Assembly: GCA_035389045.1 (NCBI GenBank)
Contig: DAOORA010000018.1
Span: forward strand, 52,183-72,182
Source of the DNA: Bacteroidales bacterium
GTDB taxonomy: Bacteria > Bacteroidota > Bacteroidia > Bacteroidales > CAIWKO01
DNA length: 20,000 bases
Direction: 5' to 3'
Shown: in pieces, positions 1-6,948 of the stretch
Layout of the letters: the number at the start of each line of letters is the position of its first letter
Position numbering within the stretch: position 1 is the stretch's first letter
Made by a program: the position numbers and the translations under genes
Notes under the pieces: generated by a model
What the model saw: only the letters and a program-made list of their open reading frames with translations
Databases searched by the model: none
What the model was told of the DNA's origin: nothing

Positions 1-236
1 ACAAAGACGCGGGATTCAAATTGTTTCTTCTTCGTTAATGGCTTTCGGAACACTGTATTTGGGTGTGGATGCCGTGAACAATGTAATCCACGGCGGCCAT
101 CCTGTAATCAATGCGGATGTGGCTGTAATATCAGCAGCCATAGTAGCAGCCGGAGGCGTTTTGCAACTTTTTTCAAAACGAAAATGCAAAATCAGTAAGG
201 AGAAATGGCATTTAAAAATTATCGACCAGGTTCGCG

Positions 237-1049
237 TTAAATCACCGTGATCAGCCCTTTGATGATGGTTGTCATTTTAGGTTCAGCGTTATTGGCGGCC
301 TGTATCACTTCTTCATGCGAAACTTCTACTATTTTACCTTCCACACCGAGATCGGTGATGATGGAAACTGCAAACACCGGCAACCCCATGTGGTGTGCTA
401 CGATGACTTCCGGCACTGTAGACATTCCCACGCAATCGGCGCCTACCGTCCTGACATATTTGTATTCCGAAGGCGTTTCAAAACAGGGTCCGGTCACCGC
501 TGCATACACACCCCGGACACAGCGAATGCCGTTGTTTTCCGCAATCATCAGCGCTTTTTTTATCAGTTCTTTATCATAGGCGTCGTGCATGTCCGGAAAA
601 CGGGGGCCTATCTCATCATCATTTTTCCCTATCAGCGGATTGGTTCCCATAAGGTTGATATGATCGGTGATAATCATGATGTCGCCAACTTCAAACGAAG
701 GATTAACTCCGCCGCTGGCATTGGAGAGTATCAGGGTTTTTATACCGAGGTATTTTAACACACGCACCGGAAAAGCAACCTCCTGCATCGTATAACCTTC
801 ATAATAATGAAAACGTCCCTGCATGGCAACGACATTTACATCATTAAGGGTCCCGAATACAAGCTGCCCTTTATGCCCTACCACGGTGGAAACAGGGAAA
901 TTAGGTATTTCAGAATAGGGAATGGTGGTATGCACCTTGATTTCATTGGCCAGATTTCCGAGACCTGTCCCGAGAATAATACCTGTCTGTGGTTCGAAGG
1001 ATGTTTTGCTTCTGATAAAAGCAACGGTTTCTTTAATTTTTGTCAACAT
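237..1049 (-). CDS. punA: Purine-nucleoside phosphorylase, trimeric PNP-I/XapA family
   Basis: 270 aa ORF with family motifs GIILGTGLG, MQGRFHYYEG, NASGG, GPCFETPSE and VGMSTVPE. Its start overlaps the lpxK stop. Confidence 0.93.
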   Translation of the reverse strand: MLTKIKETVAFIRSKTSFEPQTGIILGTGLGNLANEIKVHTTIPYSEIPNFPVSTVVGHKGQLVFGTLNDVNVVAMQGRFHYYEGYTMQEVAFPVRVLKYLGIKTLILSNASGGVNPSFEVGDIMIITDHINLMGTNPLIGKNDDEIGPRFPDMHDAYDKELIKKALMIAENNGIRCVRGVYAAVTGPCFETPSEYKYVRTVGADCVGMSTVPEVIVAHHMGLPVFAVSIITDLGVEGKIVEVSHEEVIQAANNAEPKMTTIIKGLITVI

Positions 1050-2097
1050 AGTTTATAATTTTTTGTTCGAAAATTCTTTTGTCTGGTTCTGAGAATACCA
1101 TTTCAACCGGAATATAATACAACGGGAAACCGGACAACTCATTTAAAATATTTTTGTTTACTAATCTTGAGAAATCTTTTTCGGTTGTTACTATCACTTT
1201 TTTTGCAGAGGCAATATTACGAAATTTTTGAGAAATATTTTCAATATCTTTTTGAGAATAGGTATGATGGTCGCCGAAATGCATGGTGTGCGTTTTTTTA
1301 CATTTTCCGGACAAATATGTTATAAGTGGCTTGGGGTTAGCAATGCCTGTAAATAATAACAGTTCGTATTCGCAGCATGAGGAAAAATCCCATGAAGGTG
1401 AATGTTCAAAGAAGGGTACTGGTTCTTTATATTGAACCGTTGAAAATAAAACACATTGGTGTGATTTTGGATGTATCGCACTGATGATGTCCTTTTTTTC
1501 GGAAACGGAAATAGTTTCAGGAGATTTTGTAATAATGATGATGTCGGCGCGCCTGGCGCCGCATTTGAATTCGCGTAAACGGCCTGATGGTAAAATACAG
1601 TCCTGCAAATATAAATTATTGTAATCCGTAAGCAAAATGCTAAGCCCGGGTTTTACCCGCCTGTGCTGAAATGCATCATCAAGCAGCACCACTTCGGGCA
1701 CCGGTTTTTCCTCAAGTAATGTTTTTATTCCTTTAACCCTGTCTTCACAGACAGAGACTGTAATGTTATTAAACTTTTGAAAAAACTGCAGCGGCTCGTC
1801 GCCGATAACTGATGCGTTTGAGTTGTTGTCGGCAATTATGAAGCCTTTTGTTTTACGGCCATAACCGCGGCTTAATGTCGAAATCCTTAAGTTTTGCCTT
1901 TGCAACAAACGGATAAGATACTCAATGGCCGGCGATTTTCCTGTGCCTCCCGTGTTCAGGTTGCCAACGCTGATAATCGGAATGTCAAAGGATACAGAAC
2001 GGAATACGCCCCAGTCATAACATTTATTTCTTACAAATGTGATCAAGCCGTATAACACAGAAAAAGGCAGAAGCAATATTTTAAAAAACTGTTTCAT
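1033..2097 (-). CDS. lpxK: Tetraacyldisaccharide 4'-kinase (lipid A biosynthesis)
   Basis: 354 aa with SVGNLNTGGTGKSP (P-loop), LSRGYGR, GDEP, LDDAFQH, PSGRLRE, GIANP, FGDHH and TTEKD motifs. Confidence 0.96.
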   Translation of the reverse strand: MKQFFKILLLPFSVLYGLITFVRNKCYDWGVFRSVSFDIPIISVGNLNTGGTGKSPAIEYLIRLLQRQNLRISTLSRGYGRKTKGFIIADNNSNASVIGDEPLQFFQKFNNITVSVCEDRVKGIKTLLEEKPVPEVVLLDDAFQHRRVKPGLSILLTDYNNLYLQDCILPSGRLREFKCGARRADIIIITKSPETISVSEKKDIISAIHPKSHQCVLFSTVQYKEPVPFFEHSPSWDFSSCCEYELLLFTGIANPKPLITYLSGKCKKTHTMHFGDHHTYSQKDIENISQKFRNIASAKKVIVTTEKDFSRLVNKNILNELSGFPLYYIPVEMVFSEPDKRIFEQKIINYVDKN

Positions 2098-2121
2098 TGC
2101 GTTTGGGCTTCCCCGTTTTTG

Positions 2122-2241
2122 TCATGTCTTCATTTCTGTTGCATCGATATTTAACAGAGTATTGTATTGGCCGGGTTCCGGCTTTCTCAATGAATATGCT
2201 TCTGCTAATTCCACAAACAACAGGTTTCTCCAATCGGACAT
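2122..2241 (-). CDS. Possible 39-aa leader ORF upstream of and in frame with lpxK
   Basis: Hand translation: ATG at 2241, MSDWRNLLFVELAEAYSLRKPEPGQYNTLLNIDATEMKT, TGA at 2124-2122. It starts 17 nt after a TAnnTTTG match. No recognised homology. Confidence 0.2.
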   Translation of the reverse strand: MSDWRNLLFVELAEAYSLRKPEPGQYNTLLNIDATEMKT

Positions 2242-2249
2242 GATGCTGA

Positions 2250-2265
2250 TAACTTTGCAAAAATA
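2250..2265. promoter_or_regulatory. Back-to-back Bacteroidota -7 promoter elements (TAnnTTTG): minus-strand copy faces lpxK, plus-strand copy faces the intergenic hairpin cluster
   Basis: TAACTTTG at 2250-2257 on +; CAAAAATA at 2258-2265 reads TATTTTTG on -. No clear -33 TTTG element seen for either. Confidence 0.5.
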
Positions 2266-2378
2266 CTAAAACATACTGAAAAACTGATGAATGTGGTTAG
2301 AAGCTCCTGTGGAGCGCCCATAGCGAGTGGTTTTGATTGTCCTGACAGTACCCGCTGTGGCGGAATTCAGCTTAGTTA

Positions 2379-2449
2379 TTGACTTTCTTTTCTTTTCCTC
2401 CTGTCCTAAAGCCTGCCGGCCGTCAGGCAGGGATGGAAAAGAAAGTCAA
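2379..2449. repeat. Inverted repeat with perfect 14-bp arms enclosing a GC-rich CCTGCC..GGCAGG palindrome
   Basis: TTGACTTTCTTTTC (2379-2392) pairs with GAAAAGAAAGTCAA (2436-2449). Inner CCTGCC (2412-2417) pairs with GGCAGG (2426-2431). Confidence 0.85.
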
Positions 2450-2552
2450 AATCATTTCTTCCAATAATGAAAAAAGGATGTAAACCACGCAAATCAATGA
2501 TTTCCTTTAGTACCAGGGAAAAGACGAAAGATCCTGTTTTACATCCATTTTT

Positions 2553-2591
2553 AGCGGTGTCTTCGACTTCGCTCAGACACCGCTTTTGTTT
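2553..2591 (+). repeat. REP-like hairpin, possibly acting as a + strand terminator
   Basis: AGCGGTGTCT (2553-2562) and AGACACCGCT (2575-2584) form a perfect 10-bp stem with loop TCGACTTCGCTC, followed by TTTGTTT. Confidence 0.65.
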
Positions 2592-2730
2592 AAATACCAC
2601 AAAAATTGCCCAAAATCCATGTAAAAAAGCAGGCATGCAAAAAAAGTTTTCAACAATTTATTTTTTTAAAGTGCTGATTATCAATATCTAAAATATTTAC
2701 AAAACCACTATATGTAATGTTTTTAACATT

Positions 2731-2770
2731 CCAGTGTTGAAAAGTGTCAATAAGTGGATATTTGTGTTTA
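2731..2770 (+). promoter_or_regulatory. Putative MraZ autoregulatory operator: four GTG[T/G] repeats with exact 10-bp period
   Basis: ccaGTGTtga aaaGTGTcaa taaGTGGata tttGTGTtta, with GTG at 2734, 2744, 2754 and 2764, immediately upstream of mraZ. Confidence 0.75.
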
Positions 2771-2776
2771 TCTTTA
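2769..2776 (+). promoter_or_regulatory. Putative -7 element of the dcw (mraZ) promoter
   Basis: TATCTTTA, one mismatch to TAnnTTTG, 21 nt before the mraZ ATG and abutting the repeat array. Confidence 0.45.
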
Positions 2777-2797
2777 CCAAAAATTTTTTGGAAAAAA

Positions 2798-3271
2798 ATG
2801 AAAGGATATATTGGCGAATATTATTGCAAACTGGACAGTAAAAACAGGTTCCTGTTTCCTATGGGCCTGAAGAAACAGCTGCCTGCTGCAGAAGAATATC
2901 GCTTCGTAATTAACAGAGGGTTTGAACAGTGTATCTCTTTGTCTTTATACGAATCCTGGCAAAAAACCATCAACGACTTTGAGGCTTTAAGTACCTATGA
3001 CGAAGACGAAAGGCTTTTTTTAAGGTATTTTCACCGTGGCGCCACCGAAGTGACGCTTGACGGGACCAACAGGCTGCTTATTCCGAAAAGCCTGCTGACT
3101 TATGCTGAAATTGATAAAGATATAGTGATATCTGCTTATTTTGACAAGATAGAGATATGGAATAAGGATAAATACGAATCGGTTCTTGATAATATGCCGA
3201 AATCATACTCTGCACTGGCACAGCTGGCAATGGGTAAAAAAGACCGGAAGAATCAGGATGATTTATCATAG
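2798..3271 (+). CDS. mraZ: Division/cell wall cluster transcriptional repressor MraZ
   Basis: Two SpoVT/AbrB-like repeats (KLDSKNRFLFP and LDGTNRLLIP), plus RGFEQC and KIEIW. First gene of the dcw cluster. Start set to ATG 2798 rather than GTG 2744, which lies in the operator. Confidence 0.95.
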   Translation: MKGYIGEYYCKLDSKNRFLFPMGLKKQLPAAEEYRFVINRGFEQCISLSLYESWQKTINDFEALSTYDEDERLFLRYFHRGATEVTLDGTNRLLIPKSLLTYAEIDKDIVISAYFDKIEIWNKDKYESVLDNMPKSYSALAQLAMGKKDRKNQDDLS

Positions 3272-4157
3272 ACCGGCATTATTGAAAGAATCTGTGGATG
3301 GGTTGAATATCAGGCCGGATGGAATTTATGTGGATGCAACCTACGGCGGTGGCGGACATTCGGAAGAAATTCTGAAAAGATTGAAAGGCGGGCGCCTGAT
3401 TGCTTTTGATCAGGATGAAGATGTAAGGGCGAACATAACGGACGATAAACGTCTCTTGCTTTTGAACAACAATTTTCGTTATTTGAAAAATTTTTTGAAA
3501 TATCATCAGGCGCTGCCTGTTGACGGCATCATTGCCGACCTGGGCGTGTCATCACACCAGTTTGATGTCGCGGAAAGAGGTTTTTCAACGCGTTATGATG
3601 CGGCCCTGGACATGAGAATGAACAGAAACCAGAAACCGACGGCTGCACAAATTCTGAATGACTACTCCCGGCAACAGCTTTCTGATGTTTTCAGGCAGTA
3701 CGGAGAACTGTCCAACAGTAGTTTACTGGCAGACAAAATTATTGGGTACCGGAAGTCGAAGAAAATTATCTCAGGCAGCGACCTGAAAGAGGCCATAGCG
3801 GGGCTGATCGACAGGAGAAACGAAGATAAGTTCCTTGCTAAAGTATTTCAGGCGCTCAGGATAGAAACCAATGATGAACTGGGTGCATTGAAAGATTTCC
3901 TGGTACAAAGCCTGATGGTATTGAAAAAATCAGGACGGCTGGTCGTGATTTCTTATCATTCACTGGAAGACAGGATGGTGAAAAATTTTATGCGGGCAGG
4001 AAACTTTGAAGGCATTCCGGAAAAAGATTTTTTCGGAAACACAAATGTCCCGTTTGAACTTATAACCCGCAAGCCGGTTACTCCTGATGATAAAGAAATT
4101 AGTGAAAACAGCAGGGTTCGGAGCGCCAAAATGAGAATTGCAGAAAAAAAACAGTAA
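3258..4157 (+). CDS. rsmH: 16S rRNA (cytosine1402-N4)-methyltransferase RsmH/MraW
   Basis: YHRPALLKE, DATYGGGGHS, DLGVSSHQFD, LDMRM, FQALRIETN, ISYHSLEDR and NSRVRSAKMR motifs. Start reassigned to ATG 3258. Confidence 0.97.
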   Translation: MIYHRPALLKESVDGLNIRPDGIYVDATYGGGGHSEEILKRLKGGRLIAFDQDEDVRANITDDKRLLLLNNNFRYLKNFLKYHQALPVDGIIADLGVSSHQFDVAERGFSTRYDAALDMRMNRNQKPTAAQILNDYSRQQLSDVFRQYGELSNSSLLADKIIGYRKSKKIISGSDLKEAIAGLIDRRNEDKFLAKVFQALRIETNDELGALKDFLVQSLMVLKKSGRLVVISYHSLEDRMVKNFMRAGNFEGIPEKDFFGNTNVPFELITRKPVTPDDKEISENSRVRSAKMRIAEKKQ

Positions 4158-4591
4158 TGGCAACCAACGAATTCAAAAAGGAAGAAATACAGGAACAAGA
4201 ACCTGTTAAGAAGAAAAAGAAAGTAAGCAAGGGGACAAAGTCCGGCCCTGGTGCTATTTTAAGAAGTATTCTTAACGGAGAAATTTTTACACACAAAGCC
4301 GTGGTCAAACTTTTGCCTTTTGGCTTGTTCCTCTGCTTTCTGGCCACATTGTATATAGCAAACTCGTATAACTATGAGAAAAACATAAGGAAAACAGAAG
4401 AAATACGCAATCAGCTGATTGAACTTGAATATGAATTTATAACGGTAAAGTCGGATCTTATGCACATAAGCCAGCAGACCGAAATCGCTCACCGGCTCGA
4501 CAGCATGGGGACAGGAATAAAAGAACCGGTTGTCCCTCCGTTTAAAATTGTTGATCAGAATAATTTAAAAAAGGAAACAAAAAATGAATGA
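4157..4591 (+). CDS. ftsL: FtsL-like cell division protein (Bacteroidota type)
   Basis: Lies between rsmH and ftsI. One TM segment (LLPFGLFLCFLATLYIAN) is followed by a coiled-coil-like stretch and PPFKI. TAATG overlap with rsmH. Confidence 0.82.
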   Translation: MATNEFKKEEIQEQEPVKKKKKVSKGTKSGPGAILRSILNGEIFTHKAVVKLLPFGLFLCFLATLYIANSYNYEKNIRKTEEIRNQLIELEYEFITVKSDLMHISQQTEIAHRLDSMGTGIKEPVVPPFKIVDQNNLKKETKNE

Positions 4592-6941
4592 CAACAGAAA
4601 ATCCATATTGATCCGGGCATATGCCATTTATTTTCTGGTTTGGGTTTTCGCTATTGTGTTAATAGTACGGATCTTTTCGTTACAGTTTGTACAGGATGAT
4701 AAATGGAAAAAACAGGCATCTGCCATATTAACAAGAGAACTGGTAATAGAACCGGTCCGCGGCAAAATATATGCAGATGGAGGACAACTGTTGTCCACAT
4801 CCATACCGATTTTTCAGGTTAATCTGAATCTTGACACCAACGCAATACACGATAGCACCTTTGAAAGGCATGTGGATTCCCTGGGTATTTGCCTGAGCTT
4901 GTTCTTTGATAAAACACCCAATAATAAATATAAGTACATCAGTGCACTGAAGACAGCCCGCAGCAAGAACAACAAAAACTTCCTGCTGGTGAAAAAAGCA
5001 ACCTATACCGAGCTTAAGGAAATAAAGAAGTTCCCGATTTTGAGGAAGGGAAAATACGGTGGGCTGGTCGTCACAAAAAAAGAAAGAAGGGTCAGGCCGG
5101 TGAGAAATATGGCTTCCATGACCATAGGTTATGAGCGGCTTGCAGAGTATAAAGTGACGATTCATCTTAAGGCCGGAAAATTTTCAGAGCAGAAATTTTA
5201 CCAGAATCTCGATACGCTGAGCGAATGTTTTTATATCACATTCGGTGATTACAATAAAGAATTTTACAAGAAAAAGATTGAAAATGCATACAACGCTACC
5301 GGTTCCGATGCCCGGCTCATTAAACAAATGAATGTTCTGCAATTAGCGGAACTTAAAAGATTTCCTTTAATAGCCGAAGATACAAACCGTATTTTAAAAA
5401 TTGACACACTTTCCAAATCATATTTTGTCGGACTTGAAGGACATTACCGCCAGATACTCCGCGGCGTTAAGGGGGTTATTAAACTCAAAAGAGTGGGTAG
5501 CAACAGTTGGAAACAGATAAGCGAAGGGGATGTGGTAAAACCCATAAACGGACTCGATATCCATACGGCCATTGACGTTAACTTACAGGACGTGGCACAG
5601 AATGCACTGAAAAAGAGCCTTGATACCACGCATGCCGACTGGGGGTGTGTAATTCTGATGGAAGTGCAGACCGGATATATCAAAGCCATTGCCAACTTAA
5701 CAAAGGACAAAGACGGCAGTTACAAGGAAATGCGCAACTACGCCGTCGAAGAACGTTATGAACCCGGTTCAACGATAAAACTTGCTTCCGTGATCGCCGT
5801 TCTGGAAGATGGTAGTTTTGATACCAGTCAAATTGTAAATTCCGGATCTTACAAATACAAGGATTACGGAAGGCCCGTGGTTGACAGTCATAAGGAGGGT
5901 TATGGAATGATATCGGTTGCCAAGGCTTTCGAAAAATCATCCAATGTGGGTATAACTCAAATCACCAGAATGGCTTTTCTGAGCAAGGAAAAAATCAGGA
6001 TTTATGAAAAGTTTATCCGGCAAATGGGGTTGAAACAACTTACAAAAGTTGATCTCGATAATGAACCGGAGCCTTATTTCCCGATAAAACTGGAAGACCT
6101 GACCGCTGCTGCCTTCGGATATTCAATAAAACTGACGCCATTGCAGGTGCTGGGATTATACAATGCCGTGGCCAATAACGGTAAATATATGCAGCCCAAA
6201 CTGGTTAAGGAAATAAGTAAAGACGGAATTGTGGTATATCAAAACAGCCCGGAAGTACTAATCAGCAGGATTTGTTCTGAAACGACACTGAAAAAAGTAC
6301 AAAACCTGCTCGAAGGAGTGGTCACCAGGGGAACGGCAACAAACCTCAGCAAGGCTCCTTATAAAGTAGCAGGAAAAACAGGTACGGCACGAATATGGGA
6401 TGAGGCAACCCGCGGATATATCGACAGATATATTGCTTCATTCTGCGGTTATTTTCCTGCCGATGATCCTAAGTATTCCTGTATTGTGGTTGAGTATAAG
6501 ATGCAGGGCAGCGAAGTATACGGAAGCCAGGTGGCCGCGCCTGTTTTTAAAGAAATAGCCGATAAGGTCTATGCCACAAGGGTGGATATAAAAACCAAAG
6601 AGCTCAATATGCCGGATACACTGTCGGCGCCCCTTGTCCTGATGGGTTACCGCCAGGATGTCGAACAGATATATTCCGGGCTGAACATGAGCTTGTTATA
6701 TAAGGGAAGCGGCGGAGATTGGATAAATACGGAACGATCGGATGACTATAAACGAATATATGCTAACGACAAGGTTATTGCCTCAGCCAAAATACCCGAT
6801 GTAAAAGGTATGACGGCTAAAGATGCGGTTTTTTTACTTGAAAAAGCAGGACTGAACGTTTTGGTAGAAGGAACCGGAAGAGTTGTCCGGCAAACATTGT
6901 CGCCCGGAAAGAATACCGTGGAATTAAAACTATCACTATAA
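4584..6941 (+). CDS. ftsI: Septal class B penicillin-binding protein (PBP3/FtsI) with C-terminal PASTA domain and an internal duplication in the N-terminal module
   Basis: N-terminal TM, RGKIY, GLEG, SxxK (EPGSTIK), SxN (KSSN), KTGTA and a PASTA-like C-terminus (IPDVKGMTAKDAVFLLEKAGL). dcw position. Confidence 0.93.
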   Translation: MNDNRKSILIRAYAIYFLVWVFAIVLIVRIFSLQFVQDDKWKKQASAILTRELVIEPVRGKIYADGGQLLSTSIPIFQVNLNLDTNAIHDSTFERHVDSLGICLSLFFDKTPNNKYKYISALKTARSKNNKNFLLVKKATYTELKEIKKFPILRKGKYGGLVVTKKERRVRPVRNMASMTIGYERLAEYKVTIHLKAGKFSEQKFYQNLDTLSECFYITFGDYNKEFYKKKIENAYNATGSDARLIKQMNVLQLAELKRFPLIAEDTNRILKIDTLSKSYFVGLEGHYRQILRGVKGVIKLKRVGSNSWKQISEGDVVKPINGLDIHTAIDVNLQDVAQNALKKSLDTTHADWGCVILMEVQTGYIKAIANLTKDKDGSYKEMRNYAVEERYEPGSTIKLASVIAVLEDGSFDTSQIVNSGSYKYKDYGRPVVDSHKEGYGMISVAKAFEKSSNVGITQITRMAFLSKEKIRIYEKFIRQMGLKQLTKVDLDNEPEPYFPIKLEDLTAAAFGYSIKLTPLQVLGLYNAVANNGKYMQPKLVKEISKDGIVVYQNSPEVLISRICSETTLKKVQNLLEGVVTRGTATNLSKAPYKVAGKTGTARIWDEATRGYIDRYIASFCGYFPADDPKYSCIVVEYKMQGSEVYGSQVAAPVFKEIADKVYATRVDIKTKELNMPDTLSAPLVLMGYRQDVEQIYSGLNMSLLYKGSGGDWINTERSDDYKRIYANDKVIASAKIPDVKGMTAKDAVFLLEKAGLNVLVEGTGRVVRQTLSPGKNTVELKLSL

Positions 6942-6948
6942 TGTTATT

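Noticed and set aside
38..250. 70-aa + strand ORF and short minus-strand frames at the left edge
   Set aside because: No recognisable family, the + ORF overlaps the PNP 3' end convergently, and several competing short frames exist. It cannot be called without flanking sequence.
2284..2300. CTGATGA resembling the hammerhead ribozyme core
   Set aside because: No stem II followed by GAAA and no matching stems I/III can be built around it.
2671..2690. CTGATTATCAATATCTAA resembling an IHF-type site
   Set aside because: It mismatches WATCAANNNNTTR and lies in a very AT-rich tract, so it cannot be told from chance.
2406..2691. ORFs 2406-2636 (-) and 2467-2691 (+), and also 2039-2269 (+), in the lpxK-mraZ spacer
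   Set aside because: Short, running through palindromic or regulatory sequence, and without protein-like motifs.
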